A stretch of 64,000 nucleotides of DNA from Victivallales bacterium (GTDB taxonomy: Bacteria; Verrucomicrobiota; Lentisphaeria; Oligosphaerales; Oligosphaeraceae), in NCBI GenBank assembly GCA_017535315.1, contig JAFXUD010000030.1, positions 14,307-78,306 of the forward strand, written 5' to 3'. The first letter of the stretch is position 1; each line of letters starts with the position of its first letter. This document shows positions 34,918 to 44,848 of this stretch, one piece after another. Both the position numbers and the translations under genes were made by a program. The notes beneath the pieces are model-generated. The model ran no database searches. It was not told the DNA's origin and saw nothing but the letters and a program-made list of their open reading frames with translations.

Positions 34918-36066
34918 TTAGGCTTTATATTTTAGGGCACCATCAATGAAGACCGCATTGGTGCTGAAGTCATCGTTGAGGACGACAATATCTGCAATAA
35001 ATCCAGCTTCAATCTTACCCAAGTCCTTGATGCCCAAATCGCATGCCTGGTTGTAGGATGTGGTCTTGACCAGATCCTTGAGGGGAAGCCCTGTGACCTC
35101 ATAGACGTTCTTAAGGGCGACATTAAGCTGCAATGTGCTGCCTGCCAGTGCATTGCTGGTCTTCAGGCGTGCGGCACCATCCTTCACGACAACGGCCAAA
35201 CCGCCAAGCTGGTAGTCGCCATCGGGCAGCCCCGCAGCCTCCATGGCATCGGTGATAAGCAGAATCTTGTTGATGGGCTTCACCTTGAAGGCCAGGCTAA
35301 TCATGTCTGGGCAGAGGTGAATCTTGTCGCAGATCATCTCCACCGCGACATCGTCGTCAATCAGCCCTGCGCCGACCAGTCCGATTTCACGGTGGTGAAG
35401 TTTAGTCATCTGGTTGCAGAAGTGCGTGAGACGGGCCAATCCTTCTTTTTTGCCAGCCATGAATTGGGCGTAAGTGGCGTTGGTATGGCCACAGCTGGGC
35501 TTGATTCCAGCGGCAACCAAAGCCTTGGTGAACTCGATGCAGCCTTCCACATCCAGAGCGTATGTTACAATGGAAACAGGGGAAATGCTGTTCAATTCCT
35601 TCACTTCGCCGATATTGGGCATGCGGATAAAGGCGGGGTTTTGTGCACCCAGGCATTCCCTGTTCAGGTATGGCCCTTCCAGATGGACACCGAGCACCTT
35701 CGTGTATTTCGCGTTCTTGCGGTATTCCTCAATAAGCACGAGGCTCTTGGAGAGTTGTTCCTGGGAAAGGGTGAGCGTGGTGGGGCAGAAAGAAGTGACG
35801 CCTTCCTTAAGCTTGCCTTCGGCGATGGCATTCATCGCCTCTGGCTTTCCGCTGGTGGTTTCATAGCCCATTCCGCCATGGATGTGAACATCGATGAAGC
35901 CAGGCATCACCATCTTGCCAGCCGCGTCAAAGCTCTTATCTGCCTTTGGCAGTGCTTCACCAGCCTTGAACACCTTGGCTATCTTCTTGCCATCCAAAAG
36001 AATGGCGCAGTTTTTTTCATCAACATCGGGAGAAATTAGATGGGCGTTTGTAATAAGAAGTGACAT
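34918..36066 (-). CDS. nagA: N-acetylglucosamine-6-phosphate deacetylase
   Basis: Starts MSLLITNAHLISPD...PGFIDVHIHGGMGYE. I start it at the ATG at 36066, which has GGAG 9 nt upstream. The 31-codon upstream extension in the track looks spurious. Confidence 0.85.
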   Translation of the reverse strand: MSLLITNAHLISPDVDEKNCAILLDGKKIAKVFKAGEALPKADKSFDAAGKMVMPGFIDVHIHGGMGYETTSGKPEAMNAIAEGKLKEGVTSFCPTTLTLSQEQLSKSLVLIEEYRKNAKYTKVLGVHLEGPYLNRECLGAQNPAFIRMPNIGEVKELNSISPVSIVTYALDVEGCIEFTKALVAAGIKPSCGHTNATYAQFMAGKKEGLARLTHFCNQMTKLHHREIGLVGAGLIDDDVAVEMICDKIHLCPDMISLAFKVKPINKILLITDAMEAAGLPDGDYQLGGLAVVVKDGAARLKTSNALAGSTLQLNVALKNVYEVTGLPLKDLVKTTSYNQACDLGIKDLGKIEAGFIADIVVLNDDFSTNAVFIDGALKYKA

Positions 36067-36176
36067 AGTTTGCATCTCCATATTAAACATCTTAAAGAGT
36101 CTTGCCAGATGGCAAGTATAAACACATAATAACCTTAATGCATAATACCAAAAAGGCAAATCGCCGAGTGTAAATT

Positions 36177-36209
36177 TCTAGAGGCTAGACAATCTAGTAG
36201 GCTAACTAG
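36177..36209. repeat. CTAG-rich short repeat remnant
   Basis: The sequence is tctagaggctagacaatctagtaggctaactag, with 4 CTAG. The segment ctagacaatctag is identical to 30591-30603. Confidence 0.75.
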
Positions 36210-36214
36210 AAAAA

Positions 36215-37414
36215 CTACCCAATGGTTTCCTTTGCCACGCGCAGCACGTTTCCACCGATAATCTTGCGTATGTCCTCATCGGAGAAACCACGCTGCACCA
36301 GCCCTACGGTGAACAATGGCCAGTTGCTCCAGGAAAGTGAGGCGAACTGCTCCTTCGTCACCTTGAAATCATCGCACTTGGAGGGGGACCAGAAATTCTC
36401 CCAGATAGCCATAGATGGAGGAATCTGCCTTTCAGTCACCACTGGAGACAACGTTGCGGAGCGATCCGTGCCGATGGCCACATGATCCACCCCAAATGTA
36501 CGTGCCACGTATTCGATGTGGTCCATCATGGAGCGAATGTCGGAGGTGCCTTGCAGAAATTTGGGTATTCCACAGATGCCAACATAGCCGCCAGACTTGC
36601 AAATCGCGTCGATGACCTCATCGCTCTTGCCGCGATAGTGCGGGGAGAGTTTGCCAGCAACCGTATGGCTGGCAACAACAGGTTTCTTGGAGCAAAGTGC
36701 TGCTTCAAGGCTGGTTCTCTGTCCGCTGTGCGCAACATCTGGAATCACGCCCAGGCGGTTCATCTCCTCGATGACCGCTCGTCCGAAGAAGCTCAAGCCA
36801 GCGTCAGCCGTCTCCGCGCAGCCGTCTCCAATAAGATTGCGTCGATTGTAGGTCAAGTGCATCATCCTGACACCAAGACGGAAAAAGACGGCGATCTGTT
36901 CAAGCGCCTCTTCCTGGGAATCCAGCTTGCGCGGAATCGGCACACCATTTGTGGTGAGGTAGAGGGCCTTGTGGCCGTTGGCACGTATCGCTTCCAGCCT
37001 GTCAGGAAAGGCCGCACGTTCAAAAAGGGACGGCACGCGATCGATGAGATGCGTGAAGAAGCTGAGCCTTTTCAGCATCCGTTCCACATCGTTACCCTCC
37101 ACGCCCGAGTTTTGGAAGATGCAATCAACGCCAGCATACTCCCATCCCGCCTTCAGCAGTTCCAACTGCTCTGGTGCTTTGAAAGAGGTATCCTTGAAAA
37201 ACTCCTCCCGTGCATCCTTCAACTGGTCGCGGCTTGCATTGGCGGCGATGAGCCTGTCGATATTAAAATCCCGTCCCCCACCAGCAGGCATGAACCCGTA
37301 TGCGTCAAAAACAAAGGAGTTTCGATGAAGCTCCAATCCGTGTTCCAGTTCCTTCTGCGAAGGCTTGAGCAAATCCAAGGCAACCTTTCTATCTGCATCC
37401 CACTGCTCTAGCAT
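36215..37414 (-). CDS. Peptidase M19 (membrane dipeptidase)-like amidohydrolase-fold protein, divergent
   Basis: Shows M19-like blocks FFRLGVRMMHLTYNRRN, EEMNRLGVIPDVAHSG, PVVASHT and DHVAIGTD. By eye, the canonical N-terminal DGHxD reads FDAYGF and the bridging Glu block reads LTTNG. Confidence 0.6.
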   Translation of the reverse strand: MLEQWDADRKVALDLLKPSQKELEHGLELHRNSFVFDAYGFMPAGGGRDFNIDRLIAANASRDQLKDAREEFFKDTSFKAPEQLELLKAGWEYAGVDCIFQNSGVEGNDVERMLKRLSFFTHLIDRVPSLFERAAFPDRLEAIRANGHKALYLTTNGVPIPRKLDSQEEALEQIAVFFRLGVRMMHLTYNRRNLIGDGCAETADAGLSFFGRAVIEEMNRLGVIPDVAHSGQRTSLEAALCSKKPVVASHTVAGKLSPHYRGKSDEVIDAICKSGGYVGICGIPKFLQGTSDIRSMMDHIEYVARTFGVDHVAIGTDRSATLSPVVTERQIPPSMAIWENFWSPSKCDDFKVTKEQFASLSWSNWPLFTVGLVQRGFSDEDIRKIIGGNVLRVAKETIG

Positions 37415-37434
37415 TATTGATTTCTCCTTATATG

Positions 37435-39270
37435 TTAGTTTCCCAATTTCTTGGCAATGCGTGCCCTGTCTTCGGCTGAGTTTTGGGAGTGGATGGAAAC
37501 ATTCCAGTAGAAGCGGGCAAGGTCGTGAAGTCCTTTGGCATGGCAGATGTCGCCAGCGTGATCGGCGATGACGCCTTCGGAGTCTTCCTCCAGTCCATTG
37601 TGCTCCAATGCCTTGAAGATATACTCCATTGCCTTGTCGTACTCTTTCAGACGATAATAGACCCAGGCGAGGCTATCTAGAAATGCAGCGTTTTCAGGTT
37701 CTTTGGCGACAGCCTTCTGAAGAATCTTCAAGGCCGTTGGCAGCTCGCGGTTATGGTCGGCAAGCAGATATCCATAGAAATTGCAGTTTGAAACATCATC
37801 TGGATCCGAATCATATGCCTTCCGAGCGTTTTCCACCGCCTCGTCGATCTTTCCGCATTTCTCGCAGATTATGGACATGTTGAAGAAAAAGGATGGCTGC
37901 AGAAGCTGCTTGTCCGCTTCTGCGACTTTCATGCTTTTATAGGCATTTTTGAAGTCGCCCTTATGCTTCCAAATCAATCCTAGCAAGTAGCTTCCCGATG
38001 GAGGAAGAGATTGCCGTAGGCTGAGAAGCAGCATCGCCTTGTCATACTCCTTGTTGGACATAAGCAACGTTGCAAGGCGCCAGACTATGTTGAAGTTGTC
38101 CTTGTCATACGAAAGGCATATCTCCATCATCTGAATGGCCATTGGATAGTTATTCTGGTCGGCGAATAAATCCGACAATTTTCCTGCGAGGGAGAAGGAA
38201 AGCTCCTTTTTCGAGACCAGTTCCTCCATGCAACGCTTCAGCTCCTCCTGCCTGCCGCACTTGTCAAGGGCATCCAGCTTCATCTTGAAGAAGGGGACGG
38301 ATTTAGAGAGCTTCCCCCCCTGCCCTTCGATTATCTGGAGAAGCTCCAGCATCTCCTGCCATTTTTCCTGACTTGCAAGGGCTCCGCCGACATCCGAAAG
38401 CTCCTCAGGCGAGGTGATTGTCTGCTTAAGAAGCAATGTCATCAGGCTGTCGATGCGTTTTTTCAATTCCGACTTAGTGTATTTTCGCCTGAAAGCATCC
38501 ATGAAAGCCGCTTCACCAGTCGCTCCCTCCGAGTCATCTTCTTCTGTCTCCTCTTCTTCCTCGGTCTCGTCATTATTTTCGTCATCCGAAAAATCAGGGG
38601 CTTCCGACGGAGCACTCTGACCATTTTCATCAAACTGCCGATAGGCGGTCGTGAGAACTCTCAAATAAAGGCAAATCCATTTGATGCTGTTTTGATACTT
38701 GTCCTCTTTGAAAAGGCGGGCAAGCAATTCGTCCATTTCGCCAAATCTATTCTGGTCAAGCAGGTATTTGACGAGTTGGGATGCATATCTTTCTTCTGGG
38801 GATTTTTCAAAACAGCCTTGCAGAAAGAAAATGGCCTTTTCCTTGTCTCCCTTTGCATAGAGCAGTTCCGAGTAAACCAGATTGCAGGAGCAGGAGTTGG
38901 GAATGGTCTTTAGAATCTCTTCCATCAACTCCAAGGCTCCTTTGTGGTCTTTCGCAACAAAGAATGGACCTAGCAGTTCCTTCAGTATGGTCTCCGAATC
39001 AGGATACTGCGCAAGCGCCTTGAGAAGAAGCTCACGGCATGGCTCCTCTTTTCCAACTGAGCGCAGATAGACCGCCTGGGCATAGCTCGACATGGCGTCC
39101 GCCTGGGCCTTCTCGTCTGGTGTCAGCGTCTCCTCTAACGACAAAGGACGCGAACTCACATAATTGGAATCCGCGTCCTTTTCTTCGACGTTGCAGGTGA
39201 TACAGCCAGAACCGAGAGCCGCAGCCGCCAGAATTATCAAGGTCAACCTTTTGTGTTTTCTGAACGTCAT
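37435..39270 (-). CDS. TPR-repeat lipoprotein with an internal acidic insert
   Basis: The lipobox-like N-terminus is LIILAAAALGSGC. It has multiple TPR-like helices and an acidic stretch DDENNDETEEEEETEEDDSEG. Confidence 0.65.
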   Translation of the reverse strand: MTFRKHKRLTLIILAAAALGSGCITCNVEEKDADSNYVSSRPLSLEETLTPDEKAQADAMSSYAQAVYLRSVGKEEPCRELLLKALAQYPDSETILKELLGPFFVAKDHKGALELMEEILKTIPNSCSCNLVYSELLYAKGDKEKAIFFLQGCFEKSPEERYASQLVKYLLDQNRFGEMDELLARLFKEDKYQNSIKWICLYLRVLTTAYRQFDENGQSAPSEAPDFSDDENNDETEEEEETEEDDSEGATGEAAFMDAFRRKYTKSELKKRIDSLMTLLLKQTITSPEELSDVGGALASQEKWQEMLELLQIIEGQGGKLSKSVPFFKMKLDALDKCGRQEELKRCMEELVSKKELSFSLAGKLSDLFADQNNYPMAIQMMEICLSYDKDNFNIVWRLATLLMSNKEYDKAMLLLSLRQSLPPSGSYLLGLIWKHKGDFKNAYKSMKVAEADKQLLQPSFFFNMSIICEKCGKIDEAVENARKAYDSDPDDVSNCNFYGYLLADHNRELPTALKILQKAVAKEPENAAFLDSLAWVYYRLKEYDKAMEYIFKALEHNGLEEDSEGVIADHAGDICHAKGLHDLARFYWNVSIHSQNSAEDRARIAKKLGN

Positions 39271-39305
39271 ACCAACTCCAAGATTCAGAAGTAAAGCCTA
39301 GAAAA

Positions 39306-39395
39306 TTACTTCTTCTTATGGCGCATCGCCTTCAACTGCTTACGGCGTTTATGCTTTGCAATCTTCTTACGTCTTTTCTTTTTTACTGACCCCAT
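39306..39395 (-). CDS. 29-aa Lys/Arg-rich micro-protein resembling ribosomal protein bS22 (AURKAIP1/Cox24-like)
   Basis: Not in the ORF track because it is under 60 aa. My translation is MGSVKKKRRKKIAKHKRRKQLKAMRHKKK, followed by a stop. AGGTG lies 5 nt before the ATG. Compare the bS22 pattern MGSVIKKRRKRMxKKKHRKLL. Confidence 0.6.
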   Translation of the reverse strand: MGSVKKKRRKKIAKHKRRKQLKAMRHKKK

Positions 39396-39583
39396 CGTGA
39401 CACCTGCTTTTGTTTTGATTTGTCTTGCCCATGGAAACCATAGGCACAACGATTAAATAAACAACATTTTAAAATAGTAGTTATTTTGCGTTTTGCAAAT
39501 CTATCTATTGCAAAAAAACGCGATTTCATGGTTTTTGTGGCGATAAAATGTGCAAAAAGAATCAAAGAACGCCAAATGGAGAA

Positions 39584-40333
39584 TCAGGATGTCTTCATCA
39601 CAGAGACAATCCAGCGGTCGGGATCTTCTTCATCCAGTGCGATATGCTGTTCCTCCATCAGGGTAAAGCCCGCCTTGGGAAGAGCCTTCAAAGTCTCTTC
39701 ACGCTCTTCAGTGGGATAGGCCTGCCCCTTCATCACCATAAAAACGCCGTTGTGCGCCAAAAGCGCAGATGCATCAGGAAGCAAATCAACGATTCTGCCG
39801 ACGGCCCTGGCTGTCACCAGTTTTGCCTTGTGCGCCATGTCTTTGGCCGCCGTGGCCGCCTCGCGTCCGCGAAAGGCGCGAGCTTCCGCTCGACGGCATC
39901 CCGTCAACTTAATGGCTTCCTTGAGAAAACTCACCTTTTTGGCACGGCTGTCAACCAGACGCCAGACGCGATCGTTGAGCCAGAGCATCAGCGGCAAACC
40001 TGGATAGCCGCCGCCAGACCCCAGATCGACCACCAGGTCATCGGGTTCCGTATAGGATTCCACCAGGCTCAAAACGGTCAAAGAATCAAACACATGGTAT
40101 TTAAGGTAATCCTTCTGCGAAAGAATCCGCGTCAGGTTCAGCCATTCGTTGACACCCATCAGGTGGCTGTAGATGCGGCTCAAAGCCTCCTTTTTGGCCG
40201 CAGCGTCCTCAATGCCGATGTCTCTGCAGGCGCACTCGAACCAATTCCACTCCTCCTCCGCGAAGGGAATCACAGGATAGCTGGCTGGCGAGAAGTCGGC
40301 TGAGTCTCTTGCTTGCGGTTTGACAAATGGCAT
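39584..40333 (-). CDS. rsmG: 16S rRNA (guanine527-N7)-methyltransferase
   Basis: Carries the GidB motif VVDLGSGGGYPGLPL. Its start lies 1 nt after the prfC stop. Confidence 0.85.
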   Translation of the reverse strand: MPFVKPQARDSADFSPASYPVIPFAEEEWNWFECACRDIGIEDAAAKKEALSRIYSHLMGVNEWLNLTRILSQKDYLKYHVFDSLTVLSLVESYTEPDDLVVDLGSGGGYPGLPLMLWLNDRVWRLVDSRAKKVSFLKEAIKLTGCRRAEARAFRGREAATAAKDMAHKAKLVTARAVGRIVDLLPDASALLAHNGVFMVMKGQAYPTEEREETLKALPKAGFTLMEEQHIALDEEDPDRWIVSVMKTS

Positions 40334-40334
40334 G

Positions 40335-41915
40335 TCAGAGGCTCCTCAGTACAATCTTCGGGTTCTTTTCGACGAAGTAATCGACGCTCCACTTATCAGG
40401 GAAAAGAAGTACGGGTGCATCCTTGTAGTCGGTCGCCACGCGCACGTTGGAACCCATGTAGGTGCCGATGAACTCCGATGGATCTGCATCCTCTGGCAGC
40501 CAGCGAATCTCCGTGAATGGAGCTGCCTCCAGGCGAACCTCTGCGCCATATTCCGTCTCCAGACGGTGCTTTGCAACTTCGAACTGGAGCTGACCGACTG
40601 CGCCAAGAAGCACAGTCTTCTGGATGGAGCCGAACATTCTGAAGACCTGTATGACCCCCTCTTCCCGCAGCTCCTCAATTCCCTCCTGGAACTGCTTGAA
40701 CTTGGAGGGGGCGGAGTTATGCAGATAACTGAAAACCTCTGGCGGGAATCTTGGTATCTCGTTGAACTCTAGCCCAGGGATGTTGGTGAGGGTGTCGCCG
40801 ATGCGGAAGTTCCCGTGGCTGACCAGACCGACGATGTCACCTGGATAGGCTGTCTCGACAGTTTCGCGGTCCTGACCAAACAAGCGCTGCGGATAGGAGA
40901 GGCGCAGGGGCTTTGTGCCGCCACGGGGATTCGGCACTGTCATGTCCTTCGTGAAAACGCCAGAGCAGATGCGGATGAAGGAAAGACTGTCGCGATGATT
41001 CGGGTCCATGTTTGCCTGAATCTTGAACACAAACGAACTAAAACGGTCGTCTTCGGGGGCGATATTCCCCAGATTGGAGTTGCGCGGCATCGGAGGCAAG
41101 GCGTGTTCGATGAAGAAGTCCAATAGCAATTGGACGCCGAAGTTGTTGATGGCGCTGCCAAAGAAGACGGGCGTCATCTCGCCCCTGACAAGCTTTTCCT
41201 CACTGTACTCCTCGCCAGCCATGTCCAGGAGTTCCGTCTGCTCCAGCCAGTCTTTATACATGGCTGGATGAATCAGTTCCTTGATTTTCGGGTCATTCGC
41301 CCCCGTCACTTCTTCCGCTGCGCGTGCGCTGCCCTTGCCTTGGTTGGAATAGAGGTGAAGCCGCTTCGTCTGGCGGTCATAGACGCCCTTGAAGTCGGGC
41401 CCATCACCTAGCGGCCAGGTGATGGGAAGCGCAGAGATGCCAAGAACATGCTCCAGTTCCCCCAGAAGGTCAAGGGGATTGATGGCAGGACGGTCCATCT
41501 TGTTCATGAAAGTGAAGATGGGGATATGCCTTGTGCTGCAAATCTCAAAAAGCTTCTTAGTGCGCTCCTCAATACCCTTGCCTGCGTCGATGACCATGAT
41601 GACGCTATCGACGGCGGTCAAGACGCGGTATGTGTCTTCGGAGAAATCACGGTGTCCAGGCGTGTCCAGCAGGTTGACACAATACCCCTTGTATTCAAAT
41701 TGGAGGACCGTGGAGGAGATGGAGATGCCGCGCTCTCGCTCGATGTCCATCCAGTCGGATGTGGTGTTGCGCTGGTTTTTCTTGGCGCGAACCGAGCCTG
41801 CAGCCTGCAAGGCGCCGCCGTAGAGCAGCAGTTTTTCCGTCAGCGTGGTCTTGCCTGCGTCGGGGTGCGATATGATGGCAAACGTCCTGCGGCGTTTGAT
41901 TTCATTGGTGTTCAT
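40335..41915 (-). CDS. prfC: Peptide chain release factor 3
   Basis: Contains RRTFAIISHPDAGKTTLTEKLLLYGG...DWMDIERERGISI. I start it at the ATG at 41915 (AAGGAG upstream), giving 526 aa. The longer track ORF adds 39 unlikely codons. Confidence 0.92.
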   Translation of the reverse strand: MNTNEIKRRRTFAIISHPDAGKTTLTEKLLLYGGALQAAGSVRAKKNQRNTTSDWMDIERERGISISSTVLQFEYKGYCVNLLDTPGHRDFSEDTYRVLTAVDSVIMVIDAGKGIEERTKKLFEICSTRHIPIFTFMNKMDRPAINPLDLLGELEHVLGISALPITWPLGDGPDFKGVYDRQTKRLHLYSNQGKGSARAAEEVTGANDPKIKELIHPAMYKDWLEQTELLDMAGEEYSEEKLVRGEMTPVFFGSAINNFGVQLLLDFFIEHALPPMPRNSNLGNIAPEDDRFSSFVFKIQANMDPNHRDSLSFIRICSGVFTKDMTVPNPRGGTKPLRLSYPQRLFGQDRETVETAYPGDIVGLVSHGNFRIGDTLTNIPGLEFNEIPRFPPEVFSYLHNSAPSKFKQFQEGIEELREEGVIQVFRMFGSIQKTVLLGAVGQLQFEVAKHRLETEYGAEVRLEAAPFTEIRWLPEDADPSEFIGTYMGSNVRVATDYKDAPVLLFPDKWSVDYFVEKNPKIVLRSL

Positions 41916-42076
41916 TCTGTCTCCTTGAATGGTGTTGTCATTTCCATAATAATATAATCTTGTTATACTCTTGGTGCAATTCCTCTGGCGGCAAATAGCG
42001 TTGCGAAAATTAACCACTTTGTGATTTGACAAGGCTTATATAAAGGCTATTTTAGTTTCAAGCAGAGGATTCAGAA

Positions 42077-42787
42077 ATGTCGCGAAGCAAGTCAACGAAA
42101 TGGAAAAAAGCGGTTGCCTTCCTGCGCTTGTGCAGGGAGGAGTTCCACCGTTCCAGAGGCGAGGAATGGGCCAACGGCATCACCCATCTGGTTGGAACCA
42201 TCTTCAGTATCACAGCGTTAGTGTTGATGGTCGTCTCGTCTGCCATTCACGGGACGGTCTGGCATGTGGTGAGCTGTTCCATCTACGGGGCCACCTTGAT
42301 TCTTTTGACGCTTTGCTCTGGCCTCTACCATCTGTTAAAAGGTTTTCGTGCAAAGCGTGTCTTCCAGATATTCGATCACTGCACCATCTATCTGCTCATA
42401 GCGGGCACCTACATGCCCTTCACCTTCATCACAATGAACCATAACGCGATGGGGTGGACCATATTCGGCATCGAATGGGGACTGGCCTTCTGTGGGGTTC
42501 TTGTGGAGACACTTTTCCCGAAAATCGTCAAATATGCCTCCCTGCCCATCTATCTGATAATGGGCTGGCTTCTGGTGATCAACCTCAAGGGCTTTCTGGC
42601 AAATATCCCGACAGGCGGGCTTGTCATGCTGACCGTCGGGGGGCTTCTTTACACCTTGGGCGTGATTTTCTATCTCATGGATTATACTCCCTATATGCAT
42701 ACGATTTGGCACATTTTCGTCCTGGGGGGCATCGTCTGCCAATGGGTATGCATCATGTTCTGGGTCATCCCGACATTCGAGGCATAG
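42077..42787 (+). CDS. Hemolysin III / PAQR family channel protein
   Basis: 236 aa with 7 TM segments. Contains EEWANGITHLVG...HLxxG...FDHCTIYLLIAGTYMPF...HIFVLGG. Confidence 0.85.
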   Translation: MSRSKSTKWKKAVAFLRLCREEFHRSRGEEWANGITHLVGTIFSITALVLMVVSSAIHGTVWHVVSCSIYGATLILLTLCSGLYHLLKGFRAKRVFQIFDHCTIYLLIAGTYMPFTFITMNHNAMGWTIFGIEWGLAFCGVLVETLFPKIVKYASLPIYLIMGWLLVINLKGFLANIPTGGLVMLTVGGLLYTLGVIFYLMDYTPYMHTIWHIFVLGGIVCQWVCIMFWVIPTFEA

Positions 42788-42823
42788 GGTTTCCATTGCC
42801 TCTTTTCCTAATATCAATCCTTT

Positions 42824-44818
42824 ATGGCATATTCTTCAGGAACACTTCTCGACTATTTCTCAGGCAATGATTTTTCCCTGGGCACGGTTGTCAAAGACGG
42901 CGACGGAGGACGCATCCAGGTCAAGGCTGTCAAAACAGACGTTTCGACCAAAATCCCGAACAAGCAGGTTGTTGCCTCCTATGGCCAACCTTCTGGAAAA
43001 CAGGCCATAGCGGAGATTCAGGTATCCATTGAATCTGAATGCGCCAAGGTCGATACAGCCTTTATCTGGGAGATATTTGTGGATTCCCCTGGCGAGCACA
43101 CCTTTGATGAGCTTGCGGAAAACTACTATGGGGACAAGGAGCCGTTGCACCTTTCCACTATCGCCCGCGCCCTCTTCAAGGATACCGACCACTTCCGCCG
43201 CATCCAGAACTCCTTTTCTTCCATCCAGGTGCGTAGCCGAGAAGAATATGAGGAATACATGAACATGATGAAAATGCGCGCGGAAAAGGCGGCGCAACGT
43301 GACAAGGCCATCGCCTGGATTACAGAGGCCATCGGCTATAAGGGAGAGGCCCCTTTCCCCGTACCTCCTGAATACGAAAACCTTGTCGACAATACCATCG
43401 ACTACATCATGTGCGGCACCAACAGCGAGGCGGTCAACCTCCTCTCCAGAACCGTCGTTCTGGACAAGAAAAACGCCCGCGACAACGCCATTGCACTCCT
43501 CAAGAAAACGCACAGAATGCCTGAAGGCGCCGATGAGTTCCTCCTTGCAAACGGCATCCACGCCGCCTTCTCCCGAAACGTCATGGAATACGCCAACAAC
43601 TTGAAAGAGGAGTTCGATCGCTCTGAGCGCTCCGTTGTCACGGAGGAACTCGTCTTCAGCATTGACGACGCCGAGACGCGAGAAATCGACGACGCGCTGT
43701 CCTGCCGAAGCGAGGGAGACAACTACATCGTTGGGGTTTACATCGCCGATCCTGCCTGCTATGTCTCAAAGGGTGACCCGCTTGACGAGACGGCAGAGGA
43801 CCGTCCGCTCTCCCTTTACCTCCCAACAACCACAGTCAAGATGTTCCCCGATCACCTAAGCTGCGACATCGCCAGTCTGAACCAGGGAAAAGAACGCCCC
43901 ACCCTCGCCTTCACCATGACAATGACCAAGGAGGGGGAAATTCTCGACTGGGAGATTCGCTCCGCCATCGTGACCGTCACCCGTCGTTTGACCTACATCG
44001 AGGCGGATGTCATCATGGAGGCTCCTGCTCCTGACGACGCATCACTCGCCCAGGCCCTCAAGAGCCTGCTGTTCATCGCGGACAACTCGCGTGCCTTCCG
44101 CGAAGCAGACGGTGCCGTGGTGTTGAACCGTCCTGAGCTTCATGTACGTGTCAAGAACGGCGAGGTCTCCGTGGAATCCGAAGACCAGAATTCTCCCTCC
44201 CACCGTCTGGTCGCAGAATTCATGGTGCTTGCAAACAGCCTGGCCGCCAAATATGCGCTTCGCAACGAGATTCCCGTAATCTACCGTGTGCAGGATCCGC
44301 CCTCTGGCCCAGTCACCTCGGTCCACGAATACGAACCCTACTTCTTCGATCAGCAAGTGCGCAAGATGAAGCGGACACGCCTCTCGACCTATCCCCAACC
44401 CCACTTCGGCCTCGGCCTGGATTTGTATATCCAGATAAGCTCCCCGTTACGCCGCTATGCAGACTTGGTGATGCACCGCCAGCTTGCTGCCCATTCGCTG
44501 GGCAAACCAATCCCCTACACGCAAGAAGAACTCTTTGTGGTGCTGAACAACGTCGAGAGCACCGCCTCCCAGAACAGGGCACTGGAAAAGGAGGCCAACA
44601 AATACTGGATACTGGAGTACCTGAAGCGAAACTGCATCGGGCAGAAGATGGGAGCCACCGTGATGAAAGTCGAAGGCCCCATGGTCCTGGCCGAACTGGA
44701 CTTCTACTGCGAACGCGGCGTGGTCATCACGCGCGACAAGCCCATGCCTGGCGAACATATCCAAATCACCATCAAAGAGGTTTACCCCGATAGTGGACGA
44801 CTCGTCCTGCAACGATAA
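42824..44818 (+). CDS. RNB-domain 3'-5' exoribonuclease (RNase II/R family)
   Basis: The RNB motifs IDDAETREIDDALS and SPLRRYADLVMHRQL are present, with a C-terminal S1-like domain. Confidence 0.8.
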   Translation: MAYSSGTLLDYFSGNDFSLGTVVKDGDGGRIQVKAVKTDVSTKIPNKQVVASYGQPSGKQAIAEIQVSIESECAKVDTAFIWEIFVDSPGEHTFDELAENYYGDKEPLHLSTIARALFKDTDHFRRIQNSFSSIQVRSREEYEEYMNMMKMRAEKAAQRDKAIAWITEAIGYKGEAPFPVPPEYENLVDNTIDYIMCGTNSEAVNLLSRTVVLDKKNARDNAIALLKKTHRMPEGADEFLLANGIHAAFSRNVMEYANNLKEEFDRSERSVVTEELVFSIDDAETREIDDALSCRSEGDNYIVGVYIADPACYVSKGDPLDETAEDRPLSLYLPTTTVKMFPDHLSCDIASLNQGKERPTLAFTMTMTKEGEILDWEIRSAIVTVTRRLTYIEADVIMEAPAPDDASLAQALKSLLFIADNSRAFREADGAVVLNRPELHVRVKNGEVSVESEDQNSPSHRLVAEFMVLANSLAAKYALRNEIPVIYRVQDPPSGPVTSVHEYEPYFFDQQVRKMKRTRLSTYPQPHFGLGLDLYIQISSPLRRYADLVMHRQLAAHSLGKPIPYTQEELFVVLNNVESTASQNRALEKEANKYWILEYLKRNCIGQKMGATVMKVEGPMVLAELDFYCERGVVITRDKPMPGEHIQITIKEVYPDSGRLVLQR

Positions 44819-44848
44819 TCATCTCTACCCACAAAAAAGGACCCCACG

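Noticed and set aside
36067-36159. 31-codon N-terminal extension of nagA in the track ORF (MPFWYYALRLLCVYTCHLARLFKMFNMEMQT).
   Set aside because: The extension has no similarity to NagA N-termini. The internal ATG at 36066 is preceded by GGAG and gives the canonical MSLLITNAHL... start.
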